Origin: a virus
IMG/VR virus record: IMGVR_UViG_3300032308_002010
Location: 129,816 to 193,815 of that record
Length of the DNA: 64,000 nucleotides
Reading direction: 5' to 3' (one strand)
A program made the translations under genes and the position numbers. Shown one piece after another: positions 10,172-20,596 of this stretch. Under the pieces are notes generated by a model. That model did not search any database and was not told the DNA's origin. It was given only the letters and a program-made list of their open reading frames with translations. Positions within the stretch are counted from its first letter, which is position 1. Each line of letters begins with the position of its first letter.

Positions 10172-10438
10172 CTAAAAAGTCCCGCCATCCAATTGTTCTT
10201 CTACCCAGTCAGCATTTGTTAAATTTTCCGTTAGTGTCCAGTTTACGTTTGTATCGAGCGTGCGCACGATCATGCCTATACTGCGCCGGGCTATAGGAAT
10301 AGCGTCGCGGGCGGCGATATTGGCCACGGCGCGGTAACCGCCTTTGCCGTATTTCTCGTCATGCGTGGGGTATTCGTCGGTGTCCGCGAACGGGACAACC
10401 GGAGCAATAATATTTGTTCCCGGTATGTTCGTCATCAC
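10172..10438 (-). CDS. Small conserved virion-associated protein
   Basis: YPTH...GKGGYRAV.....RDAIP..RRSIGM motif, seen in phage fibre regions. Confidence 0.65.
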   Translation of the reverse strand: MMTNIPGTNIIAPVVPFADTDEYPTHDEKYGKGGYRAVANIAARDAIPIARRSIGMIVRTLDTNVNWTLTENLTNADWVEEQLDGGTF

Positions 10439-12627
10439 GTCACCTGAACGCTAACACCCGTACCGCTCGTTTTGTTTTCGCTGCGGTAAATAATGTAGTT
10501 AGATGTATACCCGGACGCGTTGGTAAATGATAATGGCGTTTTCACCCAGCCGCTAGTGGGAAGACCGCCCACAAGGAAGGAACTCGCGTCGCCTAAATCT
10601 GCAGACCACGCAAAATAAATGTATTCGTTATTGGGGTCCAATGCGCGGGTCTGCTGCCGAGTTGTTCCGAAATCAGACCCAGACCGCGGCGAATCAGAGG
10701 CAGGTAAACCCAGAATACCCGCGCTGTTTAATGTTCCTGAAGAACTGCAGCCCCAATAGCGTTTATGCCGAGGAGTAAACACAACGCTGTTTGACGTATT
10801 TACTGTGTTGGCTGGAATGGGCGTGCCAGACAGGTCTCCAAAGTTATCATATTTTTGCGGCCCGGCGGCGTACGTAACGTTACCGGTAAACGTCGTCGCA
10901 GCATTCAAGACAAAACTTTGCGCGAGAGAATCTGCTGTCGGCCCGGGGTCTGTGTTGACTACTGCACCGTTACGCAGGTATTGAAACTGTGCAGCTGTAC
11001 CGCCGTCGTTCTGAGACCATGAAAGATTTACAGAGACGGCAATGCTTTCACCAAACTCGTATGTAGTCGTATTGGGCGTAGCTATTGTCAGGACTGGATT
11101 CACATACGTCGCGGGTATTCGTTTCTGGAGCATTTTTCTGATGATGCTTGTTAAAGTAGTTCCGGCTGTCACAACGCTGCCATTAGTGTAATCTCCCTGC
11201 TCAACCGCCAACACAGTGATATTTGTATCCAGAACAATGTCGTCAGCCTGTAGAACAACGGGACCTGTTTGCCCGTTTACGCTCAAAACAAAGTTTGTGG
11301 CGTCATTGCCGGCAGGACCTGTTGCTCCAGTAGCGCCACGAATACCTTGAATGCCTTGCGGCCCTGTTGGACCAGTAACGCCTACAGGCCCGCGCCACGG
11401 CCCAAAATTAACCCACTCGCCAGACGCGCCAGACTCAATCCACGCTACCGCGTCGCCCGGCTGGATATCTAAAGCTACGGGGGCAGCGGCGGGCACTGTA
11501 TCTACAGCAATCCACATGTCTCCAAAATTAGGTGCAAAGCTAGGTGGCCAGTTCACTAACTCGCCAAGTATTTTTAACGAGCCGCCTGTTAACCCGGTGG
11601 CACCTATCGGCCCCGTGGCGCCAGTTAAACCGGTAGCGCCTGTAGCGCCCGTTACGCCTGTAGCTCCAGCAACGCCTGTAGCTCCTGTAACGCCTGTAGC
11701 TCCAGCAACGCCTGTAGCTCCTGTAACGCCAACGCCAGTTGCTCCGGTAGCGCCATCTGTGCCAGTTCCGCCGCCACCAGAACCGGGAGGTCCTTGCGGC
11801 CCCTGTGGGCCTTGCGGGCCGACGGGCCCTGTAGCGCCGACCGGCCCAGCAGCGCCTGTTACGCCAACACCGGTCGCGCCCTGTAAACCAGTGGCGCCCG
11901 TGGCGCCGACAGCGCCAGCAACACCAGTAGCGCCCTGTACGCCTGTTGAACCCGGAGCGCCGCTGGCTCCTGTAAATCCTTGCGGACCAGTAGCGCCTTG
12001 AAAGCCGATGGAACCTTGAGGGCCGGTCGCGCCCGTTACACCAACACTGCCAGTAGGCCCAGTTTGTCCCGCCGGACCTGTAGCGCCTCTGGGGCCTGTT
12101 GCTCCCGGAGATCCACCACCGCCGCCGCCAGAATCTGGCGCGCGCGTGTACATGAAACGCGCGATGATGTCAGCTGAAAAGTATGGCGGCAGTGTGCCCG
12201 CTAAGGCATCAGGAAGCGGATGCAGTATTGGCCACCCATTTTTAACTGCAAAAAGCAAACCTTCCGTATTGGTAGACGGGATTAAACCATCACCGTCAGA
12301 GTTTTCATTTAGAAAAGCGTTGTATTGCTGCTCATCTTCGAGCGTGCAGTTAATAGACGTGTTTGTTGCCGTTACAAGATCTACGGCAATAATTTTAAGA
12401 ATCAAACCGCGGCCACTAGTTACCACGTAATCGCCAAGTTCGATGTCGTGCGCTGTGTAGTAAAAAGCAGTCGGGGAATCCGGGTAGCCGTGCTGCTGCG
12501 GATTGATGTACAGCGTGGCCGTCCAGCGATACGCGTTATTGTTCCAATAACTGGCTGGCAAACGGTCTGGTAATTCGACTACGTTTGTCAGCTGTATCTG
12601 CAGAATTTTTGGCGGGGCGAGAGTCAT
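10435..12627 (-). CDS. Collagen-like protein (730 aa)
   Basis: Long GAT/GPT G-X-Y tract flanked by globular domains. Confidence 0.85.
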   Translation of the reverse strand: MTLAPPKILQIQLTNVVELPDRLPASYWNNNAYRWTATLYINPQQHGYPDSPTAFYYTAHDIELGDYVVTSGRGLILKIIAVDLVTATNTSINCTLEDEQQYNAFLNENSDGDGLIPSTNTEGLLFAVKNGWPILHPLPDALAGTLPPYFSADIIARFMYTRAPDSGGGGGGSPGATGPRGATGPAGQTGPTGSVGVTGATGPQGSIGFQGATGPQGFTGASGAPGSTGVQGATGVAGAVGATGATGLQGATGVGVTGAAGPVGATGPVGPQGPQGPQGPPGSGGGGTGTDGATGATGVGVTGATGVAGATGVTGATGVAGATGVTGATGATGLTGATGPIGATGLTGGSLKILGELVNWPPSFAPNFGDMWIAVDTVPAAAPVALDIQPGDAVAWIESGASGEWVNFGPWRGPVGVTGPTGPQGIQGIRGATGATGPAGNDATNFVLSVNGQTGPVVLQADDIVLDTNITVLAVEQGDYTNGSVVTAGTTLTSIIRKMLQKRIPATYVNPVLTIATPNTTTYEFGESIAVSVNLSWSQNDGGTAAQFQYLRNGAVVNTDPGPTADSLAQSFVLNAATTFTGNVTYAAGPQKYDNFGDLSGTPIPANTVNTSNSVVFTPRHKRYWGCSSSGTLNSAGILGLPASDSPRSGSDFGTTRQQTRALDPNNEYIYFAWSADLGDASSFLVGGLPTSGWVKTPLSFTNASGYTSNYIIYRSENKTSGTGVSVQVT

Positions 12628-12645
12628 AGCTCAACAACACCCCCG

Positions 12646-13419
12646 TTAAAAGAAACAAACTATTCGCGCAGTTCCGCCGCTATCACAAGACACAACTGTG
12701 TTGGATATGCGAATTCTAAACGCGCTTGATTTTGTTCCTTCTGTCATCGTTAACTCGTTACTCGCTGTCGGGTAACGGGCGTGCCACAAACCCGAAGACG
12801 CCGTGTAACCCCAGTACGTGACGTCTTTTACTTGCTTGCCAACAGTGTGCGTAATTGTGACGTCATTAGATGAAATGCTAGAACCCCACCCAGTCGGCAA
12901 ATTAGAAATTGTTTGCGGCGCAGATCCGTTAAAAGTGACAGTAAATTCAAACGTATCTGCTGTGCCCGTACCTGCGGGACCGCTCGGGCCTTGGACACCT
13001 GTAGCGCCAGCCGGGCCGGCGATACCTGTAGCGCCCGATACGCCAGTTTGGCCTGTGAGCCCAGTCGCGCCCGTGACGCCCGGCTGGCCGGTTGAGCCAG
13101 CTGGGCCAGTAGCGCCAATAACACTAACTCCGGTAGCGCCTACTGGCCCCGTCACGCCTGTCGGGCCATTTTGTCCCGAAGAACCAACCGGCCCGACCGG
13201 ACCGGTTTGCCCGCGCGGCCCTGTGGCGCCTTGCGGGCCCGTAGCTCCCGGACCACCTCCACCGCCTCCGCCGCCAAGAGATAGCAGCGCACCAATTGTT
13301 GTACGTTTTGTACTAAGAGCGTTAGGGTTAGCAGTGTCAACAATAGGAATTAAATCTGCGGTTGCCGGAGTTGTTTTTTCGGGCAACGCAGAAATTCTTT
13401 TATTCGACATAGCCGGCAC
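12646..13419 (-). CDS. Collagen-like protein (257 aa)
   Basis: [19 protein letters not shown]-terminal module followed by G-X-Y repeats. Confidence 0.8.
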   Translation of the reverse strand: MPAMSNKRISALPEKTTPATADLIPIVDTANPNALSTKRTTIGALLSLGGGGGGGGPGATGPQGATGPRGQTGPVGPVGSSGQNGPTGVTGPVGATGVSVIGATGPAGSTGQPGVTGATGLTGQTGVSGATGIAGPAGATGVQGPSGPAGTGTADTFEFTVTFNGSAPQTISNLPTGWGSSISSNDVTITHTVGKQVKDVTYWGYTASSGLWHARYPTASNELTMTEGTKSSAFRIRISNTVVSCDSGGTARIVCFF

Positions 13420-13423
13420 CTAA

Positions 13424-13723
13424 TCAGTAGAGTTCGTCATCTTCCTCATGCCGCGGGCGGTGCTTACGAGTTTTAGTTGGCTTTACACCTTCAATGTCGT
13501 CTGCAGCGCGTACCAACCATTTAGCTAGTTTGCGCGCGTCGCCCGGCGATAAAAGCGGCAGTTGAGAGCCAAAAACATCGACAACAATTCCTGCTTCGGC
13601 GTGATTTTCGGCGGCCCACTCACCGGCTTGAAAACTGACAGTGGGTGAGTCAGCCGGTAATTTAGTCGCGGTTATATTGCTAAATTCTATGTGATCGGGC
13701 TTATTAACAACAACTGTAGCCAC
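13424..13723 (-). CDS. Hypothetical protein
   Basis: ORF in tight minus-strand gene packing. Confidence 0.6.
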   Translation of the reverse strand: MATVVVNKPDHIEFSNITATKLPADSPTVSFQAGEWAAENHAEAGIVVDVFGSQLPLLSPGDARKLAKWLVRAADDIEGVKPTKTRKHRPRHEEDDELY

Positions 13724-13728
13724 TTAAA

Positions 13729-14001
13729 TTATTCCTCCTGACAATCATCAATAATTACGGGCGTTAACGTACCTACCCGCAAAGCGACAAATTTTCCGGC
13801 GTAATATTCCTCCGCGTCTTCGCGCGAAAAGCCGTCAGAAAGAAGTTTGTCATAAATTTTTGTCCGACTGTACACGGCGACAGGCCCGTCGTTTGCGATA
13901 TAACCAAGCCCGATTAACGCGCAATCCATGTTGTCAAACAGCACAGCTTCTGGGTTTAAATCCGCCAGCTGCGCCAGTATTTGAGAAGTTTGTGTGTTCA
14001 T
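13729..14001 (-). CDS. Conserved phage hypothetical protein
   Basis: D.ALIG...VAVYS..KI...L..DG.SREDAEEY...G..TP pattern, common in aquatic phages. Confidence 0.65.
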   Translation of the reverse strand: MNTQTSQILAQLADLNPEAVLFDNMDCALIGLGYIANDGPVAVYSRTKIYDKLLSDGFSREDAEEYYAGKFVALRVGTLTPVIIDDCQEE

Positions 14002-14495
14002 TGTTTTGTTCCGGCGTGGAGATCTTCTAGAAATAAGATAGCAATATCGCTTGCACGACGGTAGCCCTCGCGAACACCTTTTTGATATTCAGGGTGCCCG
14101 GGCGGTGTATTTTTTTCGGTCATATCGGCGATGGTGGCAAGGGCGGCCACAAAGCGATTGTGCAATCTGCGATATTCTGGCGAGTTTAAAACAATCGACG
14201 TTTCAATCGCGGCAGTTGGCGCTGAAACGTCTGAAACCACCTGCGGTTTCAACCCCATTTTTTGTAAAACACGTGTAGCTCGGGCTAGCGAATCAAAGTC
14301 ACGAAACGTTTGCGCTGTACGCGGCACATACTTTTGCGCAAGTTGATGCAACGTTAGACATAGATACGCTAACTCATCGCCAGCTGTTTTTTGTTTAGAC
14401 TCGCGCCGTGCAGCTGTTTCTCGCGTTTCGCGAATAAATTTTTCGCGATTAGATTTTTTTTGCGTAACTTCTGAGGGCAAAACTAACAACTCCAT
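13998..14495 (-). CDS. Hypothetical protein
   Basis: 165-aa ORF; ATGA overlap with the next gene. Confidence 0.6.
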   Translation of the reverse strand: MELLVLPSEVTQKKSNREKFIRETRETAARRESKQKTAGDELAYLCLTLHQLAQKYVPRTAQTFRDFDSLARATRVLQKMGLKPQVVSDVSAPTAAIETSIVLNSPEYRRLHNRFVAALATIADMTEKNTPPGHPEYQKGVREGYRRASDIAILFLEDLHAGTKQ

Positions 14496-14505
14496 TTGCG
14501 TCCTT

Positions 14506-15129
14506 TCATGTGTGTAAAACAGGTTTACGCAGACCAGCGGAAATCAGGCGATAAATTTTTTCGTGGGTATCGTCAACGGGTGACTCGGCGTTAATGTGGT
14601 GCACAATACCGGCATGCGCGCGATGCTCAGCGTGGTGCGCATAAGCAGCGCGCATTCTATTCTGATCTTCTAGGCAGAGTCTTTCGTACCTGTCTGACGG
14701 CCCATTTGGTCGCCGCTCACGAACGCGTTCCGGCGCGATATCCATAAGAAAAAGAACGTCGGGGCAGACGTACGACGTTTCCCGAAAAATGTTAACAATC
14801 AGATCAGTCGATATGTTATTTATTTCGCCCTGATACACGAGCGTGGACAGCAGCCAACGATCGCATATGACGACGTGGCCCTGTGCGATTAACGAACGAA
14901 TGTGCGCTGACAGTTCGGCGCGCGCGGCTGAGAACAAGAGCATTTGCGCCGTAGCAGAAATTGGCGCGTCGTTGTGCAGAAGAATCTGCCGAATTGCAGT
15001 TCCAATACTCGTCGTTCCCGGATCTGCCACCAAGGTCGCAGATACACCTTCTTTTTGAAGCCGCTGCAACAGCATGCGCGCCTGCGTTGTTTTGCCGGCG
15101 CCGTCGATTCCTTCGAAACAAACGAACAC
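14506..15129 (-). CDS. tmk: Thymidylate kinase
   Basis: FEGIDGAGKTTQ P-loop, LLFSAARA, CDRWLLSTLVYQG. Confidence 0.95.
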   Translation of the reverse strand: MFVCFEGIDGAGKTTQARMLLQRLQKEGVSATLVADPGTTSIGTAIRQILLHNDAPISATAQMLLFSAARAELSAHIRSLIAQGHVVICDRWLLSTLVYQGEINNISTDLIVNIFRETSYVCPDVLFLMDIAPERVRERRPNGPSDRYERLCLEDQNRMRAAYAHHAEHRAHAGIVHHINAESPVDDTHEKIYRLISAGLRKPVLHT

Positions 15130-15143
15130 TGGGTTCCTTTCTT

Positions 15144-15458
15144 TTAACGACCTGTAATTTGAAAGCTAGGAGAGTCGCCGCCAACTGGTTTTGAAATTTT
15201 GCTTTGACTGCCCGTAATACTTACATCGCCGGGCAGTTGAATTAACACTTCTTCAGCTGGTTCAAACAAAATCAGTTCACGCCCGTCGGAAAAACGAAGC
15301 GATAAACCATTCTGTGTATGACCGACACCAACAATGTTATTTGTAGCTAACCACGTAGCGGCGTAGTCACAAAAAGCTTTTAATTCGGTACTGACGAGTT
15401 CTGGTTTTTTTGCTGTGAAATCGTCAAGAATGTTATTCAACACTTCGCTTACGGGCAT
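15144..15458 (-). CDS. Hypothetical protein
   Basis: ORF with GGAG RBS. Confidence 0.6.
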   Translation of the reverse strand: MPVSEVLNNILDDFTAKKPELVSTELKAFCDYAATWLATNNIVGVGHTQNGLSLRFSDGRELILFEPAEEVLIQLPGDVSITGSQSKISKPVGGDSPSFQITGR

Positions 15459-16188
15459 ATCGAACCTCCTTTTTTTTCTTTGTCGGCGCGGGTGTTTCTG
15501 TTTCTACCTGTTTGGCGCGTATCCCGGTTGTATGTTGTGCGACGAGTTTGTCAAGTTTAGCTTTTTGCCGGCACTCTTTTATTGTGCGACTGACATCACC
15601 CAGAAGATTTCGGGCGGCGTGCGAAAACAGCCTAAGCACGTAAAAACGCTCTGCGGCACGTAAAGCCAAAAGGTCGCCGTCTAGTTGCGTAAGTATTTTT
15701 TTAGCTTTTGGGATCGCCGCTGTGCCGTTTTCACTGACAAGAGTAAGCAAGTCTTTGGCAGTACAAATAATGTCAGAAAGAACAATGATCTGTGCACCGA
15801 CGGGGCTACCACTCACACGGCCACGAAACTCCATATCACGTTTTGTTTCAACCATGCGAAAATCTCGACTAATATCGGCAACCATAGCGGCCACCTGTAC
15901 CGTAGAGATTTCAGCAATGTTTTCAAACGCGCAGGCGCTGACATTTAAAACATCGTGCAGCAGTGCACCCTGAATAATTGACAGAATGCTGTCTTTTGTG
16001 TCGTCCGGCAAATAGTCCGCACGAACATCTTGATAAAGTTTGTGCGCTATTGTTTCTGCTTGTCTAGCTACTTGTTTGCTGTGCTCGACAAGACTGATAC
16101 CGGCGTTTGTGCGTAAATCTCTATATTGCTGTGCGGCAAATAACAATACGTGACGCAACGGCACATTTGGCGTATCTGATTTTTTCAT
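15433..16188 (-). CDS. RelA/SpoT-hydrolase (Mesh1/SAH)-like HD protein with degenerate active site
   Basis: FAAQQYRDLR, SLVEH, GALLHDVLNV, IIVLSD; start moved to the ATG at 16188 (GGAG RBS). Confidence 0.65.
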   Translation of the reverse strand: MKKSDTPNVPLRHVLLFAAQQYRDLRTNAGISLVEHSKQVARQAETIAHKLYQDVRADYLPDDTKDSILSIIQGALLHDVLNVSACAFENIAEISTVQVAAMVADISRDFRMVETKRDMEFRGRVSGSPVGAQIIVLSDIICTAKDLLTLVSENGTAAIPKAKKILTQLDGDLLALRAAERFYVLRLFSHAARNLLGDVSRTIKECRQKAKLDKLVAQHTTGIRAKQVETETPAPTKKKKEVRYARKRSVE

Positions 16189-16205
16189 GGCATCTCCATA
16201 TGCCG

Positions 16206-17249
16206 TCACACAAGTTTGAGCAGCGTTTGCCAGCCTAACTCAAATGATTTGCGACGCGTAGCTAAGTTGTAATTTACTCGGCGGTTAAGGTTATCAATGT
16301 GGACGGGTTCAGCAATAAGTGTCTGCAGCACCGTAATTAAACGTTCGTAATCTGGGGCGGCGTGAGGGACACCGTTTTCGTCGTAGTCTATCTGCGTTTT
16401 AACAAGCACGCCATTCGCATCCTGATACACAAAGTCAGTCTGCGGCGACAACGCAAAAGACAGTACCGGCGTGCCGCAATTGATAGACATCAGGCTGCAA
16501 AACCCGTAGTTATCGCACTCTGCCGGAAACAGTGTGATATCATGTGCCGTGTACATCGCCGGGCGTTTTGCAAGCGGTGTGTTACGGATAATTTTTACGC
16601 GCCCGTTTGTTTTACGCCCCAACGTCTGAAAGAATTTGGCTACAGACGGCGCAAAACGGCACGAAGTAATTGCAACGTTAAGCTGCGCGTCCGGCATACG
16701 TTCAAGCAAATAACCCAGCAAACCCAAAAACTGGCTGTGGGCGCAACGGGCATTCCGATCAAACCACGGTAAAAATATCTTTACCTGACGCCCATTAACC
16801 GGTTTTGTTTTTTTTGTAGCCGGTAACCCAACGTCAAACGGTATGTACGTTACGTTCTTAAACTTGTAGACCTTTAAAAAAAGCTCGCGCGCTTCTGCGT
16901 TCATTGCGATAACGTGATCGGCACGCTGCATTACTTTGCGAAACGGCCGCATTAGTTCTTGCCACATCGGCACGACTATCGATCGCACGTTAATCCGGCG
17001 AGTAAAATTTAGCGTGTCAAGCTTGGGCGGTTGCGTGTAAATAATTGTGTGGCACGTTTTGGCCCAGTGCGTGAACGGCCATTTCTTTTTATGCAATACA
17101 GCGCGATCATGGTGTGTGCACAGTTTAGCCGGCGGCGCGTCTGAATAAATGCTGCACTCTACGCCATGCGTGCGTAAAAAATCAGCTAGCCGCACAGCAA
17201 AGTACGCTTCGTCGCAGTGTGCGTAATGTGTGTAGATGCCAATACGCAT
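16206..17249 (-). CDS. Glycosyltransferase, GT-B fold (GT4-like)
   Basis: MRIGIY N-terminus; YTAHDITLFPAECDNYGFCSLMSINCGTPVL C-terminal motif; ANGVLV. Confidence 0.8.
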   Translation of the reverse strand: MRIGIYTHYAHCDEAYFAVRLADFLRTHGVECSIYSDAPPAKLCTHHDRAVLHKKKWPFTHWAKTCHTIIYTQPPKLDTLNFTRRINVRSIVVPMWQELMRPFRKVMQRADHVIAMNAEARELFLKVYKFKNVTYIPFDVGLPATKKTKPVNGRQVKIFLPWFDRNARCAHSQFLGLLGYLLERMPDAQLNVAITSCRFAPSVAKFFQTLGRKTNGRVKIIRNTPLAKRPAMYTAHDITLFPAECDNYGFCSLMSINCGTPVLSFALSPQTDFVYQDANGVLVKTQIDYDENGVPHAAPDYERLITVLQTLIAEPVHIDNLNRRVNYNLATRRKSFELGWQTLLKLV

Positions 17250-17255
17250 AGATGC

Positions 17256-19151
17256 TTATGCAGGAGCGCCTTGGCCAAACTGCTGCGCCATAACCATTGC
17301 ACCGCCCTGAGAACGGGCTTGCTGTCGAATGTCGTCTATGATGCTGGTCACAAGCGCGTGCATAGTTGAGTCGGAACGCTTGAGTTTAATTAGCTCAGAA
17401 TCTTTCACAGATTCAGGCATAGATAACAACTGATTTGCGATAAGCTGCGCTTGTTGCTGCAGCTCTTCTGGCGTCCTCGGCACGTTTGGCGAGTTCTGCC
17501 GTTGCATAAGAAACTGATCGACGGGGCTGGGCGCTTGACCCGGCATACCGCCAGCCGGAACTGGAGCCGGCGCGCCGCCTCCTTGCGGCATACCCGTAGC
17601 GCCGGCACCCGTGTTGCCGACACCTGACATCATGTCTGGCGCCTGACTCATGTCCTTCATCTGCTGCGCTTGTTGCATCTCGGCCTGCATGCGCTCTTGC
17701 TCTTCCGCGTAAATCTTTTCTTCTTCGAGCATCTGTTTGATCTCGTCGCGATAGTCCAAACCAACGCTCGACAAGCCGGTGCTCTTGCTGATCTGCTGAC
17801 CCTGCATGAGCTGAAGCTTGGCCATTTGGCGGTTGAGATCGTCGGCGTGCGTGACGCGCATTAGTTTCGCGCTGACGGGTTCCCACGACATTACGCGAGA
17901 AATAGAAGACGTCAACTCATTCAGGAACAAGTTCATGTTGTGCGGGAGGTGACTCCAGTTCGCCTCAAAAAGGCGCAAAGCAGCCGGTGCAGCTTGGAGC
18001 GTTAGCGTGCCGTTAAATAACTCAACGGGCATGCCAATGCACTTTAACAATGTCTCTAACCCCTGATCTAACAACTCGCGCGGCGCCAATTGAGAAGCGT
18101 CGCCGCCAAGCGCCTGATACTGCACCGGAAACGGAAGAATGTTCCAGCGCGCCGGGTCGGTTCGCCGGGCCCGGATCATCGAGTTTACGCGAGCCGTAAA
18201 GCTAGACAGGTTAATTGTATGAACAGGGTCAGATGATTGTGAATCGCCGCCGCGAGGCATCGGCGTGATAACGCGAAACGGAATAACATAGTCGAGCGCT
18301 ACGGCTTCGTTGTAGCGCTTGAGAATCTGGTAGTACCACGCCTCACGAAAATTCGACAGTACGCGCGAAATTCCCCATCCGCGATTACGCATACCAGACA
18401 GCGCGTCTTCCTTGAGATGAAAAATCACGCCCTTATCAAACATCAAGTTTTGGCCGTTTTTGATTGCCTGAATAACTTCCCAGCTTGCGCGCTCAAGATG
18501 GTGAAGATGGCCTTGCTTGATCAGCGTGCGATAGTCTTCAGGAATCTTCCACACATACGAACATTCGCCTGTGTACGGATCCCACAAGATATCAATTTCG
18601 TGGGGGCTCCAGCGCTTGACTGTAATATGACTTGTGTCGCCGCTGCGCCGGTCTACGTGCTTCCACGGGCCAACGTATTTACAGTGTGGGCAGCTTGCGT
18701 GAAACTGAAAGTTCTGCCACGAGAAAGCGCACTGGTCTGAGTTGACTACCCGGTCGAGCGGCATTTCTAATCCGCATTTTGGGCAGAACAAATACCGTCG
18801 AAACGGTACGAGCAGGCTGGTAAAAGAGTTGCCGTAGGTCATGTAGTCCATACCTACAGAGTGCAACACGTTTTTTATGCTAAGCGTATCAGCTAAAAAC
18901 GTTTCGTATTTTTCTTTCTCCTCACGACCAGTCTTGTTTTCACCGACGTCCTGAATTTCAACGTCTGTAATAAAGTAAGACACAACGCGATCAATGGCCT
19001 GCCTATAAGGGCCGTTCGCGTTCATGATGTATTCCGTCCAACGTAGCGCCGTCTGGATGCTCTCAGGCATCGACAGGCTAGCTACATCGCAAAACGGGTC
19101 GGGGAAGCGCTCGTCGGCCTGTACGCCGCGGCCGAGCGAGTTGTACCCCAT
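17256..19151 (-). CDS. Probable portal protein with Zn-ribbon insertion
   Basis: DYMTYGNSF, WSPHEI and IFHLK...RGWGISR resemble portal motifs; CPKC...CPHC insertion; Q/M/G/P-rich tail. Confidence 0.65.
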   Translation of the reverse strand: MGYNSLGRGVQADERFPDPFCDVASLSMPESIQTALRWTEYIMNANGPYRQAIDRVVSYFITDVEIQDVGENKTGREEKEKYETFLADTLSIKNVLHSVGMDYMTYGNSFTSLLVPFRRYLFCPKCGLEMPLDRVVNSDQCAFSWQNFQFHASCPHCKYVGPWKHVDRRSGDTSHITVKRWSPHEIDILWDPYTGECSYVWKIPEDYRTLIKQGHLHHLERASWEVIQAIKNGQNLMFDKGVIFHLKEDALSGMRNRGWGISRVLSNFREAWYYQILKRYNEAVALDYVIPFRVITPMPRGGDSQSSDPVHTINLSSFTARVNSMIRARRTDPARWNILPFPVQYQALGGDASQLAPRELLDQGLETLLKCIGMPVELFNGTLTLQAAPAALRLFEANWSHLPHNMNLFLNELTSSISRVMSWEPVSAKLMRVTHADDLNRQMAKLQLMQGQQISKSTGLSSVGLDYRDEIKQMLEEEKIYAEEQERMQAEMQQAQQMKDMSQAPDMMSGVGNTGAGATGMPQGGGAPAPVPAGGMPGQAPSPVDQFLMQRQNSPNVPRTPEELQQQAQLIANQLLSMPESVKDSELIKLKRSDSTMHALVTSIIDDIRQQARSQGGAMVMAQQFGQGAPA

Positions 19152-19187
19152 AGAAGCAGATGGTTGCAGCGACACAGGCGCCTCGTG

Positions 19188-19337
19188 CTATTTGGTCGTT
19201 GTTTGCACAGTGTCCGCAACGCGTTTGCGAAAATCACTATCAAGCGCCTGAACCTGCGCTTTCTTTTCTGTGGGCTGCTGGGCGTCTTCGTGTTCTGGGG
19301 GCGTGACGCCGGCCTTTATAACTCCACATTTTTCCAT
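19188..19337 (-). CDS. Small hypothetical protein (49 aa)
   Basis: Manual translation MEKCGVIKAGVTPPEHED...TTK*; fills the gap and is below the track's size cutoff. Confidence 0.5.
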   Translation of the reverse strand: MEKCGVIKAGVTPPEHEDAQQPTEKKAQVQALDSDFRKRVADTVQTTTK

Positions 19338-19340
19338 GGT

Positions 19341-20255
19341 TTAAATCTCGTCGTAATTTGCACGAAGGGCGCGCTCAACGAGTAAAACACAGTACTCGCG
19401 GTTATCATAAACATACTGAAATCCCGTCGTATGGACAAGGTACAAACGGCGATCGTCGTTAATTTGTACGGCCCAAGGACGCTGGTAGGGATCGTTTGAC
19501 GGCGGAAACCAGCGCGCTGCGTTTTGCTCAAAACGTAGGTCGTAAATCAACACGATAAAACCGTTCTCTTCTGCGCTATCAGGAGAAACCTGCGCTACAG
19601 ATACAATTACGTCGTGGAAAAATGCCGGAACTGTGCCGATCCCCTCTTTTTCGAAATACAGCAGTTTCTGCGGCGGGCCGGCTTTATGAGTTGTCGCTGC
19701 GGCGGTCGGCACAGGATTGTTGGACTGCTTTTTTAGCCCGAACGCCGCCATCGGACTGTAGCTGCGGTCAATTTTTTCAAGCGGCGGCAGGACCGGCTGG
19801 GGATCCATTGCCGCCACTAAATTTGCCTCTAACTGCTCTTCACTGTCATCGGCTGCTTGGGTTATTTGAGACACGACCTTTTTTGTGCGCACAACAGGTA
19901 CGCGCTGCACGCCAGCTTTTTCCATTTTTGCCAATTCTTCAAATACCATTGCAGCGCGCTCCCTGATTGAATTGATATCATTGCCGGAAATGGCCGCCTT
20001 CGCCGCGGCCAGAGCTTGATCAACAGCTGGACCAGTCATTTGGTCTAGTGTTAGCCCGCCAACATTTGAACCGTTTGGATCAATCACATTAATTTTGATT
20101 TTTGTGCGGTCGTGCGGATTGAAGTTAACTGGGACGCCGCCCGGAGTAGACGGCGCGACAATTACACCTTTAAGCCCTTTGTTACCGCGCATGACATCGA
20201 GCATGGTGCGGCCGTTTTCCATTCGCTCGCTGGCTGGGTCTCGGTAGTCGGACAT
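19341..20255 (-). CDS. Hypothetical protein
   Basis: 304-aa ORF with GGAG RBS. Confidence 0.7.
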   Translation of the reverse strand: MSDYRDPASERMENGRTMLDVMRGNKGLKGVIVAPSTPGGVPVNFNPHDRTKIKINVIDPNGSNVGGLTLDQMTGPAVDQALAAAKAAISGNDINSIRERAAMVFEELAKMEKAGVQRVPVVRTKKVVSQITQAADDSEEQLEANLVAAMDPQPVLPPLEKIDRSYSPMAAFGLKKQSNNPVPTAAATTHKAGPPQKLLYFEKEGIGTVPAFFHDVIVSVAQVSPDSAEENGFIVLIYDLRFEQNAARWFPPSNDPYQRPWAVQINDDRRLYLVHTTGFQYVYDNREYCVLLVERALRANYDEI

Positions 20256-20271
20256 AGAAGCTCCAATAGCT

Positions 20272-20315
20272 AAAAAAAGGGGGCAACGAACGGCCGAAGC
20301 CTAGACGTTGCCCCC
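20272..20315 (-). terminator. Rho-independent terminator
   Basis: 10-bp stem GGGGGCAACG/CGTTGCCCCC followed by T7 on the minus strand. Confidence 0.65.
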
Positions 20316-20588
20316 AAAAGATTCTGAACTCAACTCAGGGCACACTGAATACAACTGCGTTTTCGGGATATGGAAATACAGCCGACCCAGCGGAACCCCT
20401 CCTCCGCAAACCAGCCTAACATGCTCTTCTGTAGGCAACACTTCTGCAAGTATTTTGCCTGAGAGAAGCTGCGCTACCACCAAACCCATGGCGCTATCGT
20501 CCGGGAAGAACGGTAACGTACTCGGCGTGGCGTCGATGTTTAACAACCACGTTAACGCCGAATCTTCGGGTTTGACGAAATAACGCAT
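20301..20588 (-). CDS. Hypothetical protein
   Basis: Start moved to MRYFVKP, just after the upstream stop at 20597. Confidence 0.55.
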   Translation of the reverse strand: MRYFVKPEDSALTWLLNIDATPSTLPFFPDDSAMGLVVAQLLSGKILAEVLPTEEHVRLVCGGGVPLGRLYFHIPKTQLYSVCPELSSESFGGNV

Positions 20589-20596
20589 GTTAGTAA

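Noticed and set aside
11340-12130. Tandem DNA repeats as a non-coding array
   Set aside because: They are fully explained by G-X-Y collagen coding; the same holds at about 5340-5500 and 12970-13260.
1-13419. Diversity-generating retroelement acting on the Mtd_N-containing fibres
   Set aside because: There is no reverse transcriptase and no TR/VR pair with adenine-specific mismatches in the window.
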